Part shown: in pieces, positions 18,927-28,807 of the stretch
How positions within the stretch are numbered: position 1 is the first letter of the stretch
Layout: the number at the start of each line of letters is the position of its first letter
From: Candidatus Latescibacterota bacterium
Lineage (GTDB): Bacteria; Latescibacterota; UBA2968; GCA-2709665
Direction of reading: 5' to 3'
Length of the DNA: 64,000 nt
Assembly (NCBI GenBank): GCA_965219995.1
Contig: CBDCOX010000002.1
Coordinates: forward strand, 1,664,001-1,728,000
Program-made: the position numbers and the translations under genes
Notes under the pieces: generated by a model
Databases searched by the model: none
Seen by the model: only the letters and a program-made list of their open reading frames with translations
What the model was told of the DNA's origin: nothing

Positions 18927-19377
18927 CCTTTCCGCCCTTCAGAAGACCGCAGCCCAGTATCAACAGGCCGGCCCCCACCGTGACGGATGCGTCGGCGACG
19001 TTGAACACCCACCAGCGAAGGGATCCGAGTCCGAAATCAAGAAAATCGACCACGGCGCCGAAACGGACCCGGTCGATGACGTTGCCGACGGCGCCGCCCA
19101 GCACAAGCGCCAGGCCGGCCGACGCCACCCGTTCCCCCGGCGGCAGCCGGAGCCACATCACCGCGACCATGATCAATGCCACGCCGGCGAAGACCAGATG
19201 TGCAACGTTCCCGCCCAGCCTCAATCCGAACACGGCGCCGGGATTGTGTATATAGGTCAACCTGAAGAATGAGCCCAGCACGGGAATCGACTCGCCGAGG
19301 AACATCGATTCCATCACCATCCGCTTTGACACCTGGTCGAGGAAAACGACAACACCGGAAATCCAGAGGCTCCGCAC
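18913..19377 (-). CDS. lspA: Lipoprotein signal peptidase II
   Basis: LDQVSK, NPGAVFG, GGAVGNVIDR, VVDF, FNVAD; start trimmed to GTG 19377. Confidence 0.95.
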   Translation of the reverse strand: MRSLWISGVVVFLDQVSKRMVMESMFLGESIPVLGSFFRLTYIHNPGAVFGLRLGGNVAHLVFAGVALIMVAVMWLRLPPGERVASAGLALVLGGAVGNVIDRVRFGAVVDFLDFGLGSLRWWVFNVADASVTVGAGLLILGCGLLKGGKDDED

Positions 19378-19436
19378 ATCGCCCCCAATGGTGACGAATC
19401 GAACGCGCCCGGTCCTGCAACGGGCCGGCGGACGAA

Positions 19437-19820
19437 TTATGAAGATCGAAAACCCTGCCGATGTTCGCCTTCCTTGCAGGGAACGCACAGGCGGGTTGTG
19501 GGTACGGCCTCCAGACGCGCTTTCGGGATCGCTTTGGTGCACAGCCTGCATGCTCCGAACGTCCCGGCCTTTATGCGCTGAAGCGCGTCCTCCACCTGGG
19601 TCAGGTAGGCTCCGTCCCGAGACGCGAACAGGAACGCCTTTTCCCGTTCGATGGAGTCGCTGCCCAGCTCCGGCATATGATCCGAGTATATCTGTCCGCC
19701 GGATGCCTCCTCGGACGTCGCATGCATGGACCTCTGTTCCAGCATCCCCAGATCCTGAACGATGGACAACCGCTTTTTTTCCAGGATCTCCCGGAAGTAT
19801 TCCAGATCTTTATCGGTCAT
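19437..19820 (-). CDS. TraR/DksA (YteA/YlyA-like) C4 zinc-finger protein
   Basis: Coiled coil, GTFGACRLC...IPKARLEAVP...CVPC. Confidence 0.9.
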   Translation of the reverse strand: MTDKDLEYFREILEKKRLSIVQDLGMLEQRSMHATSEEASGGQIYSDHMPELGSDSIEREKAFLFASRDGAYLTQVEDALQRIKAGTFGACRLCTKAIPKARLEAVPTTRLCVPCKEGEHRQGFRSS

Positions 19821-19917
19821 CGGCCTCTCCGACTGTCAATTCCAGTTGTGCGCACCCGCAGGATGCCGCAGTCCTCGCGCGTCCGTGATGTCCGGACCGA
19901 ATATCGCCACATAACGT

Positions 19918-22900
19918 TCAATTGCGCAAAATGCCGATTGTGCCGCGCAATCCGTTCACCTGCCACTCCCGCTTGAACTGGCAGGAATCCGGCAGTTGGC
20001 CCACCAGCAATTCCTCGGCAAGCGTCTCCCCGCCGACGTACGCCCGGTAGCGGGCGACCGCACGCTCAAGACGGCCTTCTCCCGAAACCCCCACCCGGAT
20101 GCGGTCGACGACGTTCAATCCCATCTCCTTCCGCATGTTCTGAACGCGGTTGACGAATTCACGCGCGGTGCACTCTTCGATCAGTTCCTCGTCGAGATGC
20201 ACGTCCAGCCCCACGCACAGGTTGTTCTCAACGGCAACGACCACGTCGTCTTTCTTCCGCCGCTGGATTTCCAGGTCTTCGAGAGCGATTTCGCCCCCAG
20301 CCACCGCCAGCGTCTCCCCCGTCTGCAGGCGTTCGACCTCGCGGGGCGCCAACCCGGCGATCCGTCCGGTCACTTCCTTCATGCGTTTCCCGAAACGCGG
20401 ACCGAGCGCCCTGAAATTGGGTCTGTAGGTAATTTCGCTCAACTCGGTCTCATCCTCGACAAACACGATCTCTTTGATATTCAGTTCCTCTGCGATCATT
20501 CCCTGCATCGACGCCAGCGCGTCGCGCCCGGCGGCATCGGGCGGCAGCACGTAGACCCGTCGCAGCGGTTGGCGGACCTTCAGGTCGTGACGGCTGCGAA
20601 GCGACCGGCCGAGGGCGACCGCGCGCATTGCCAGATGCATCTGCGCCTCGAGTTCGGGATCGCGCAACGACTCATCCGCTTGGGGCATTTCGCACAAGTG
20701 CACACTCTCCGGCGCTTGCGGGTACACTCTTCTCACCAGATTCTGATAGATATGCTCGGTTATGAACGGCAATACAGGCGCCATGGCCTTGACCAGCACG
20801 ACCAACACCTCGTAGAGCGTCTCGTAAACCGCCGCCTTGTCCTCGTCGTCTTCCGACTTCCAGAAGCGGCGGCGGCTGCGGCGGATGTACCAGTTCGTCA
20901 GCTTTTCCACGAACGAAACCATGACCGGCACGGTCCTGTACAAGCGGTAAGCGGACATTTCCGCGTTCATGTCGTGGAGCAAGGTCTGCAATTCCGACAG
21001 GATCCAGCGGTCCAGTTCGCGTGCGGGCGTGGACCCGGTCGACGAGGCCGGCGTCCAGCCGTCGATATTTGCATAGGTGACGAAAATTCCGCCGTACGCG
21101 TTCCACAGCGGGATAATGACCGACCTGAGGCTCTCCTGAATGCCCCGCTCGCTGATTCTCAGTTCCTCGGCCTTGAGCGCCGGGGAGTTGAGGAGATACA
21201 ACCTCAGCGCGTCCGCGCCGTACGCATCCAGCATTTCGGTGGGTTCCGGATAGTTCTTCAGCCGCTTGCTCATCTTGCGTCCGTCCTCAGCCAGCAGCAT
21301 CCCGGAAACAATGCAATTCCTGAACGCCGGTTCCTCAAACAGCGCGGCGGCGAGAACCGTCAGCGTATAAAACCAGCCGCGGGTCTGGTCCAGCCCTTCC
21401 GAAATGAAATCTGCCGGGAAATTCGCATCGAAAAACGTCCGGTTCGCGAACGGATAGTGTGTCTGGGCGTAGGGCATGGATCCGGACTCGAACCAGCAAT
21501 CCAGCACCTCGGGCACGCGTTTCAACACGCCCCTCCCGGTGGGGCTGGGAATTTCGATATGGTCGATCAGGTGCTTGTGCAGATCCTCCACCTTGCGGCC
21601 GCTCAAGCGCTCCAGTTCTTCCCGGCTTCCGAGACAGACCGTCTCCTTCGTCTCCTCATTGCGCCAGACGGGTAACGGCGTGCCCCAGTACCGGTTCCGG
21701 CTGATCGCCCAATCGCGCGCATCCTCAAGCCATCGTCCGAACCGCCCGTTCTTGATGTGCTCCGGCACCCAGCGGATCCGCTGATTGGCGGCGATCATCT
21801 TCTCCTTGATCGGCCCGATGGAAACAAACCACGTTGAAATCGCGCGATAAATCAGCGGGGAATCGCACCGCCAGCAATACGGGTAACTGTGTACCAGCGT
21901 TCCGTCGGAAAACAGCAATTCACTCTTTCTCAGCTGCCGCACAATATCGCGGTCGACATCCTTTACGAAACGTCCCGCATAGTCCGGGACTTCGCCGGTA
22001 AACGCGCAGTCTTCGTCGATCGGGCACACGACCGGGATGCCCTTTTCAACGCCCAACTGATAGTCGTCTTCGCCGAAACCCGGGGCGACATGGACAATTC
22101 CGGTGCCGTCGTCGGTGGACACGAAATCGGCCGCAACCACGCGAAACGCGCCCTCGTCTCCCAGATCCGCAAAATAGGGGAACAACGGCTCGTAGCACAT
22201 CTCCAGCAACCCTTCCGTCGGCTCCGGCTCCGCCCGTACCACTTCTCCATTTCGCCTGCCGAACACGGCATCGAAACGCGGCTCCGCAAGGATCAACTGC
22301 TCTCCGTTCTCCATGTGGACGCGCACGTACCGGATATCCTCCCCCACCGCGAGCGCCATGTTTGAAGGCAGCGTCCACGGGGTGGTTGTCCAGGCCAGAA
22401 TCGACGTATTCGCCTGTCCTCGCACACGGAACCGCACCGTAATCGAAGGATCCTGGGTGTCCCGGTAACCCCCCAGGTTCACCTCGAAATTCGAAAGCGG
22501 CGTGGCGCACCTTGGACAATAGGCGAGCGAATAGTACCCCTCGTAGACCAGGTCCTTCTCCCACAGGCTCTTGAACACCCACCACACCGACTCCATGAAA
22601 TCCGGATCCATCGTCCTGTACTGGTGGTCCCAGTCCACCCACCGTCCGCATCGCTGGATGACCTGCTTCCACTCCGCCGTATATTGAAGCACCTGTTCAC
22701 GGCAGAACTCGTTGAACCGGTCCACTCCGAATGCAAGGATGTCTTTCCGGGACTTCAGGCCCAACTGCTTCTCGGCCTCGTTTTCGACCGGCAGACCGTG
22801 GCAATCCCATCCGAAACGCCGGTCCACGCGGTATCCGCGCATCGTCCAGTACCGTGGTACGACGTCCTTGATGATGGAAGCCAGCAGATGACCGTAGTGC

Positions 22901-23097
22901 GGAAGCCCGCTGGCGAAGGGCGGTCCGTCATTGAAAACGAACGCGCTGGATGCCGGGCGGGTCGCCACCGACTTCGCAAACGTCCGGTTCTTCTCCCAGA
23001 AACGAAGGACTTCCCGCTCCATTTCAGGAAAGTTCATCCTGCCGGAAACATCCGCGAATCCCTTGCCTGACTGCTCTAACGCCGCCATGGGGGTCAT
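19918..23097 (-). CDS. ileS: Isoleucine--tRNA ligase, type 2
   Basis: DGPPFASGLPHYGH, GWDCHGLP, WTTTPWTLPSN, SRNRYWGTP, KMSKR; no C-terminal zinc finger. Confidence 0.97.
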   Translation of the reverse strand: MTPMAALEQSGKGFADVSGRMNFPEMEREVLRFWEKNRTFAKSVATRPASSAFVFNDGPPFASGLPHYGHLLASIIKDVVPRYWTMRGYRVDRRFGWDCHGLPVENEAEKQLGLKSRKDILAFGVDRFNEFCREQVLQYTAEWKQVIQRCGRWVDWDHQYRTMDPDFMESVWWVFKSLWEKDLVYEGYYSLAYCPRCATPLSNFEVNLGGYRDTQDPSITVRFRVRGQANTSILAWTTTPWTLPSNMALAVGEDIRYVRVHMENGEQLILAEPRFDAVFGRRNGEVVRAEPEPTEGLLEMCYEPLFPYFADLGDEGAFRVVAADFVSTDDGTGIVHVAPGFGEDDYQLGVEKGIPVVCPIDEDCAFTGEVPDYAGRFVKDVDRDIVRQLRKSELLFSDGTLVHSYPYCWRCDSPLIYRAISTWFVSIGPIKEKMIAANQRIRWVPEHIKNGRFGRWLEDARDWAISRNRYWGTPLPVWRNEETKETVCLGSREELERLSGRKVEDLHKHLIDHIEIPSPTGRGVLKRVPEVLDCWFESGSMPYAQTHYPFANRTFFDANFPADFISEGLDQTRGWFYTLTVLAAALFEEPAFRNCIVSGMLLAEDGRKMSKRLKNYPEPTEMLDAYGADALRLYLLNSPALKAEELRISERGIQESLRSVIIPLWNAYGGIFVTYANIDGWTPASSTGSTPARELDRWILSELQTLLHDMNAEMSAYRLYRTVPVMVSFVEKLTNWYIRRSRRRFWKSEDDEDKAAVYETLYEVLVVLVKAMAPVLPFITEHIYQNLVRRVYPQAPESVHLCEMPQADESLRDPELEAQMHLAMRAVALGRSLRSRHDLKVRQPLRRVYVLPPDAAGRDALASMQGMIAEELNIKEIVFVEDETELSEITYRPNFRALGPRFGKRMKEVTGRIAGLAPREVERLQTGETLAVAGGEIALEDLEIQRRKKDDVVVAVENNLCVGLDVHLDEELIEECTAREFVNRVQNMRKEMGLNVVDRIRVGVSGEGRLERAVARYRAYVGGETLAEELLVGQLPDSCQFKREWQVNGLRGTIGILRN

Positions 23098-23242
23098 TCC
23101 GTCAATTGGTGCGTCTGCAATCCTGTGGATATCGGCCGCTTCAACGGCCCGTCATTTCGGGTACCGCGACCGATCGGAACTCGTTCCCTTCCGTGCCGAA
23201 GGCCGGTTCAGCCGGTCTTGTCGCGCATCGGAATATCGGATA

Positions 23243-23713
23243 TCAACGAGTCGACCGACCGTTCACCATCGCGACAATCCGATTTTCGTTCTCCTTCAGC
23301 AGCGCCTTCTGCTCCGGCCACATCATCACCGGCAACCGATCGATCGGGAACCAGTCCACGACTTCGTGATGTTTCACGTCGGTGGGCACGACGTGCACCT
23401 GTTCGGTCCGGTAGAGGAAATAGTGCGTGGTCTTCCATTCCGTGCGACGATAATTCATCCGTGCCCGCACGCCGATCGACCGGATCAGCTCCATTTCGGT
23501 AAAACCCGCCTCCTCCTCGATCTCCCGTCTCGCGGCTTCCTCGACGGACTCGCCTCTGTCCACGTGCCCCTTGGGAAGCACATATTCCTCGTACGACTGT
23601 TCGCGAATCAGCGCCACCAGCACGCGACCGTCCGCCACCCTTGCAACCACGCCCCCCGCCGATACGGCTTCCGGGACGTCCTCGGGCCTCCTGTACCATC
23701 GCTCATCGATCAT
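23243..23713 (-). CDS. NUDIX hydrolase
   Basis: Nudix box PKGHVDRGESVEEAARREIEEEAG. Confidence 0.9.
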   Translation of the reverse strand: MIDERWYRRPEDVPEAVSAGGVVARVADGRVLVALIREQSYEEYVLPKGHVDRGESVEEAARREIEEEAGFTEMELIRSIGVRARMNYRRTEWKTTHYFLYRTEQVHVVPTDVKHHEVVDWFPIDRLPVMMWPEQKALLKENENRIVAMVNGRSTR

Positions 23714-24597
23714 TCGGACCCACCCAGATAACGTCCGTACAAGACACGCAGCCGTTGCCTCGCTTCATCGGGAATGGCGTCGGGCGCCGTGATGATCGCG
23801 TCCCGCGCCGCGTGCAGGCATTCGCAATCGGTCGTCTCCGGAAGCAGCCCGGAGATCTCTCTCACGACCGCATTGGCCGTCTGCGTATTGGCCTTCAGGA
23901 TCGCCAGAACGGACTCGATTTCGACGTCCCCTTCCTGCTCGTGCCAACAATCGTAATCCGTGCCCATGGAGAGCGCGGCATAACACATCTCGGCCTCGCG
24001 GGCAAGTTTGGCCTCGGGAAGCGCCGTCATTCCAATCACCGTGGCATCTGCGACCCGTCGGTAAAAGTGCGACTCCGCCCGGGTCGAAAACTGCGGCCCT
24101 TCCATGCAGATGTAGGTGCCGCCTTCGTGAACCACAGCGCCCCGGTTCCGCGCCGCCCGCACCACCAGGGAGCGCAGGTCCGCGCAGAACGGGTCTGCGA
24201 AGGCAACGTGTCCCACCACACCGTCGCCGAAAAACGTGGACGGCCGGATTCCCTTGGTACGGTCGAAAATCTGGTCCGGCACCACCATGTCCCCGGGCCT
24301 GATGTGTTCCTTCATGATTCCCACGGCGCCTACCGCGAGGACGTGGGTAATCTCCAGTTGTTTCAACGCATGGATATTGGCGCGGTATCTCACCTCGGAA
24401 GGCAGCAACCTGTGACCCCGCCCATGGCGGGGCAGAAACACGACCCTGCGTCCGTCGATATCCGTTTCCACCAGAAGATCGGACGGGCGTCCGAACGGCG
24501 TATCCACCTCATGTTCCCGCACCACCGTGACGCCATCCATCTCATAGAACCCGGATCCGCCGATCACACCCAGGCGCAGCGGGGTAGGCTTTGTCAT
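23710..24597 (-). CDS. mtnP: S-methyl-5'-thioadenosine phosphorylase
   Basis: GVIGGSG, TPFGRPS, RHG..H, EGPQFSTRAES, GMT..PEAKLAREAE, TDYDCW. Confidence 0.95.
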   Translation of the reverse strand: MTKPTPLRLGVIGGSGFYEMDGVTVVREHEVDTPFGRPSDLLVETDIDGRRVVFLPRHGRGHRLLPSEVRYRANIHALKQLEITHVLAVGAVGIMKEHIRPGDMVVPDQIFDRTKGIRPSTFFGDGVVGHVAFADPFCADLRSLVVRAARNRGAVVHEGGTYICMEGPQFSTRAESHFYRRVADATVIGMTALPEAKLAREAEMCYAALSMGTDYDCWHEQEGDVEIESVLAILKANTQTANAVVREISGLLPETTDCECLHAARDAIITAPDAIPDEARQRLRVLYGRYLGGSE

Positions 24598-24618
24598 GGA
24601 ACCGCTCCGCTCCCGCTT

Positions 24619-25221
24619 TTACGACACACTCAGGCCAAAGACCGTGAGAACGGCCGCCTTGGCGAAATTCAACAGCAGGATCAACAGAATCGGCGACAGA
24701 TCGAACATCCCCAGCGGCGGAATCAGGCGCCGGAAAGGGGCCATCACGGGCTCAGTCAGCGCATACAGCGACCAGATCAACCGCCCGTTTCGCAGAAAGG
24801 GCATCCAGGAAACAATGATGCGAGCGAGGATCAACACAAGATAGACCGAAATCGCCCCGTAAAAGAGCCAGCCGATGACCTGAAGAAACGCCACGTTCAA
24901 TAGTGCCCTGACCACGCCTTCCAACGCCAGAAGCACGTCGTTGCTGACCCACTTCAGAAAAAACGCGGCCAACAACGTTGCAAGAATCACGAACAACGGC
25001 GCAATGCCCAGACTGTTGGGCGCGGGCAGACTTTGCGCAACCGGCCAGATCATCGGATCGGTCCATTCCCGGACGACCTGGGCCAGCCGGCCAAAGGGCT
25101 GCACCCTGAACAGGACCCATCGCAGAACCATCAGAACAACCACAGCCACAACCGCCGCAAAAGCCACGAAATCGACGGCCGCGCGCATATAGTCGATTAC
25201 CTGAAGCAAAACGTATAACAT
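24619..25221 (-). CDS. yggT: YggT family membrane protein (two YGGT repeats)
   Basis: TDPMIWP and TEPVMAPFRRLIPP.GMFDLSP. Confidence 0.88.
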   Translation of the reverse strand: MLYVLLQVIDYMRAAVDFVAFAAVVAVVVLMVLRWVLFRVQPFGRLAQVVREWTDPMIWPVAQSLPAPNSLGIAPLFVILATLLAAFFLKWVSNDVLLALEGVVRALLNVAFLQVIGWLFYGAISVYLVLILARIIVSWMPFLRNGRLIWSLYALTEPVMAPFRRLIPPLGMFDLSPILLILLLNFAKAAVLTVFGLSVS

Positions 25222-25314
25222 AGCTGCCCTTCGCTGAACCCTGCAGACGCGGAATGTCGCGCCCGTCCGGCGGCGGGACGCAGCGGCTTCATCGAAAAGC
25301 GTCCTGCCCCCGCG

Positions 25315-26004
25315 TCATCGCCTCGAGCCGAAGATCGCCGACCCGATTCGTACCATTGTGGCGCCTTCCTCGATTGCCACCTCAAAGTCCCCCGTCATCC
25401 CCATGGAAAGGTGTGCCATCGACACGCCGGGCAACCCCGCCGCCGCGACCGTCTCGCTCAGTTGACGCAACTGGACGAAACTTGGCCGCACCGCCTCCGG
25501 ATCCGGCAGAAACCGGCCGATCGTCATCAACCCCTCCACACCCAAGCCCTGTACTTCCGAAATACGCCCGACCAGATCGACGGTGGCGTCGGGTTCGGAT
25601 CCGAATTGCGAGTGCGCCCCCGACGTATTCACCTGAACGAGCGTCCGCGCGGAAATCCCTGCCTGCACGGCTCGTTTCCCGATCTCCTTTGCCAATCGAA
25701 GACTGTCCACCGAGTGAACCATTTCGAACATGCGGAGGGCGCTCTTCACCTTGTTCCGCTGCAAATGTCCCACGAGGTGCCATTCCACGGCATCCGTTAC
25801 GCTGCCAACCTTCGTCTCGGCCTCCTGTACGCGGTTCTCGCCCAGCACGCGGATCCCGGCCTGCACGGCTTCCCCGACAGCCTCGACGGGCTTCGACTTT
25901 GAGACCGCGACAAGGGTCACGTCGTGCGCCTGCCGCCCCGTTCGCTCCGCGGCGCGGGCGATGCGTTCCCGGACCCGTTTCAGATTCTCGGAAATCGATT
26001 CCAT
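25315..26004 (-). CDS. yggS: YggS family PLP homeostasis protein
   Basis: [42 protein letters not shown]. Confidence 0.96.
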   Translation of the reverse strand: MESISENLKRVRERIARAAERTGRQAHDVTLVAVSKSKPVEAVGEAVQAGIRVLGENRVQEAETKVGSVTDAVEWHLVGHLQRNKVKSALRMFEMVHSVDSLRLAKEIGKRAVQAGISARTLVQVNTSGAHSQFGSEPDATVDLVGRISEVQGLGVEGLMTIGRFLPDPEAVRPSFVQLRQLSETVAAAGLPGVSMAHLSMGMTGDFEVAIEEGATMVRIGSAIFGSRR

Positions 26005-26058
26005 TGGCGCTGCGCCCTGGCGAAATAGGGTGAATCGCGGTTCCGATACAGAATGACA

Positions 26059-26087
26059 AATTTACAAAAAGACAACCGTTTTGGCAA
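26059..26087 (-). promoter_or_regulatory. sigma70-type promoter of the yggS-ileS run
   Basis: TTGCCA-17 bp-TAAATT. Confidence 0.5.
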
Positions 26088-26165
26088 CCTATTCGCAGAC
26101 CCGGAATACCGGAATTCGACCATCGGCTTTGCCAGCAAACTCCCGAATAACGAAAAACAGGCGGA

Positions 26166-28805
26166 TTACGCGGAAGATCCCACAAAGCCGCCGGTTCCCG
26201 GTCCGCGTCCGGACGGGTCTGCCGGATCCGGCGATACCGGAGACCCGCTTCCCTCGTCGTGGATTTCGACGACACCAAGGCTGCCATCCACCGTAATCCG
26301 GTCTCCCGTACGGATTCGCCGCGTTGCGCCCGATACCCCCACCACTGCCGGCACCCGGTACTCCCGGGCGATCACCGAACTGTGGTTCAGCACGCCGCCG
26401 ATTTCCGTCACCACCGCGCTTGCACGCCGGAAGAGCGGGGTCCATCCCGGGTCGGTACCGGGTGCGACCAGCACCTCCCCCTGCGCCAGCGCCTCGAACT
26501 CCTCGGGGCCGCGTATCAGCCGGGCGATTCCGGTCGCCGTACCCGGGCTCGTGCCAACGCCTTCAAGTCTGCTCGCATCGGGGTCTCCCCCCGGAATCGG
26601 GTTCTCGCCGCGACCTTCAATCCAGAAGAAATACGGCTGCCGGCGACGCGCACGTTCGAAATCGGCGATCCGTCGATCGACTTCATCCTCGCTTGCGACG
26701 GAGCCGCTCCTGAACGCATTCTCGACTTCGCCACACGACAGAAAAAACACCTCATCCCTCCGCCGCAGCAGCCCGCGGGATACGAGATGGTCCCCCAGTT
26801 TCAGATAGACCGCTCTGTATCCGGCAAACAACCTGTCCAGGCGGAATCTCAACTCTTCACGCAGTCCGAGATAGATTCTGGCGTATTTCAACACCCGTCT
26901 AAATACCGTGGTCCGCGCCCATCGCCACGGCGAATCGGACAGACGTTTCAATACCTTCGCTTCCGCGGACCGCACCACTTCCCGTGGCTTCTTCCCGCCC
27001 GGCACAGGTCCGGTGCAAATGTTCTGACGTAGCATCTGCACAACAGTCTCAGGGCGTTCACGCCAGCGTTCAAACGTAAAATCCCGATTCGCAGAGCGAA
27101 CTCCGTACGCGTCGATAAACGCGTTGAACCCGGATGCAAATTCGCCATGGCCCGCCTGAAGGCATTCGAGAAACGAAGCGTCGGTCCCGGTCTCCAGCGT
27201 CCGCCGAAGCACGGCATTGCTCCTTGCCTCATCCGACAATTTTCCCAGTGCGGCATTGACGTCGGACGTCGTATTGCGTTCAGGCAACAGCAGCAGATCC
27301 TTGAATGTGGCCATATCGAGATCCGCCCAGCGGACCAGCATCGCGCGCAAAGCCCAGATGCAGTTCATCGCATACGCGTAACTCCACTGGTTGACGTCCC
27401 TCTGCTGACGCACGGCGAGTTCCGTCAGACGACTCGCCGCCAGAAGCAGGACGTCCGGGTCCCGCGCCGAGGAAATCTGGCTTTCAATGGAACGTATCCG
27501 CCGGTTGAATACCGGGAAAAACGCCTGCCTGACCCTTCGGTGATTGCTGTGAATCAGACCGTACGGTTCGGTCATCAGGAGGCCCGGCAGACGCAGCAGC
27601 GCAGGGACGATCCCCATCCAGGTCCGGCGCGCGCATGCCACCTCCCGCCGTAGTTTTCGCGGCAGAATAGCCAGCGCATCGTCCATCAGCAGTTTCGCGG
27701 GAACCAGTTTGAGCGCTTGCGCAACGGCATTCGCGTTCACGTACATGTAGGAATCGATCACCTTCATCATATCGTCGCGTACCAGCGCCCCGAGTCCGAG
27801 GCGCCGCGCGGGCCCCTGAAACGTGTACGCGTGGCTCAGGTTGTCCGCAATGACGGACGCCGTCATCGGAGAGAGGGCCTCGGACCAGACGTCGTCGCAG
27901 ATCCCCCGGGACCAGGCGCCGTGCGGCCTGGATACGCTCGTCGTAATCGGTCGCGTTTGCAGGAGGTAAAGCCGGCCGCGGGAAAACGCCCATTCGACGT
28001 CCTGGGGCCGCCCGTCGAAAAACGACTCGATCTCGCAGCCCCGCCGCCACAACGTTTGCAGCTCGCGCGGAGAAAGCGCTTCCTCGTCCCGCAGCCCCTC
28101 GGGCATGGGTTCAGGCCGGCGGCCACCCGGTCGCAGGCGCCACAGCTTGTGCGCGATCCGCTTCTCCACGACCCGGCCCGTATTTCGGTCCAGCACGTAA
28201 GAATCGGGGGAAACCTCGCCCCCGACAACGGTCTCGCCGAGACCCCAGTTGGCCTCCACAAAAAGACCCGGCGCGCCTGAGGCCACCGGGTTCCGTGTAA
28301 AAAGGATGCCTGATTTTTCGGCCTCGACCATCTCCTGTACGACAACCGCAATGCGCGGAACCAGACCGGGCGCGTAGATTCGCAACCGTTCGTTCCACGC
28401 CGACGCCCAGCACAGACGGACGTGCTCGAGTACAGACGCGACATCCGTCAGGTTCAGATAGGTTTCGAACTGTCCGGCAAAGGCGAACGCACTGCCGTCC
28501 TCGGACGCACCGGACGAACGGACGGCCACGGGTCTGGCGCCCGCGTCCATCTGAGATTCGAACGAGCATCGGATGGCTGTTTCGACTTCGGACGGGAACG
28601 AACCCCGGGCAACGGTCTCCCCGGTCGCGCCGGCCGGATCCAGGCCATTGTGTTCCAGAAACCGGACACAGGCGTCCGCCGTCACGCAAAATCCGTCCGG
28701 AACGCGGAATCCGCCCGCGAGCAGACGACCCAGATTTCGCGCCTTCCCACCGACCTGCTCCAATGAAGCCCCGCACGCCTGAGCGAGTTCAACGACCATT
28801 TCCAT
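26166..28805 (-). CDS. PEP-utilising / rifampin-phosphotransferase-architecture enzyme
   Basis: ATP-grasp (GGKA, AVRSS, ED, FAGQFET, VQEMV, QDVEW, LLQTRPIT), central domain, His swivel TEIGGVLNHSSVIARE. Confidence 0.88.
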   Translation of the reverse strand: MEMVVELAQACGASLEQVGGKARNLGRLLAGGFRVPDGFCVTADACVRFLEHNGLDPAGATGETVARGSFPSEVETAIRCSFESQMDAGARPVAVRSSGASEDGSAFAFAGQFETYLNLTDVASVLEHVRLCWASAWNERLRIYAPGLVPRIAVVVQEMVEAEKSGILFTRNPVASGAPGLFVEANWGLGETVVGGEVSPDSYVLDRNTGRVVEKRIAHKLWRLRPGGRRPEPMPEGLRDEEALSPRELQTLWRRGCEIESFFDGRPQDVEWAFSRGRLYLLQTRPITTSVSRPHGAWSRGICDDVWSEALSPMTASVIADNLSHAYTFQGPARRLGLGALVRDDMMKVIDSYMYVNANAVAQALKLVPAKLLMDDALAILPRKLRREVACARRTWMGIVPALLRLPGLLMTEPYGLIHSNHRRVRQAFFPVFNRRIRSIESQISSARDPDVLLLAASRLTELAVRQQRDVNQWSYAYAMNCIWALRAMLVRWADLDMATFKDLLLLPERNTTSDVNAALGKLSDEARSNAVLRRTLETGTDASFLECLQAGHGEFASGFNAFIDAYGVRSANRDFTFERWRERPETVVQMLRQNICTGPVPGGKKPREVVRSAEAKVLKRLSDSPWRWARTTVFRRVLKYARIYLGLREELRFRLDRLFAGYRAVYLKLGDHLVSRGLLRRRDEVFFLSCGEVENAFRSGSVASEDEVDRRIADFERARRRQPYFFWIEGRGENPIPGGDPDASRLEGVGTSPGTATGIARLIRGPEEFEALAQGEVLVAPGTDPGWTPLFRRASAVVTEIGGVLNHSSVIAREYRVPAVVGVSGATRRIRTGDRITVDGSLGVVEIHDEGSGSPVSPDPADPSGRGPGTGGFVGSSA

Positions 28806-28807
28806 AG

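Noticed and set aside
23098-23242. T-box leader for ileS
   Set aside because: The only T-box-like string (GGTACCGCG) is on the wrong strand; no specifier stem or terminator seen
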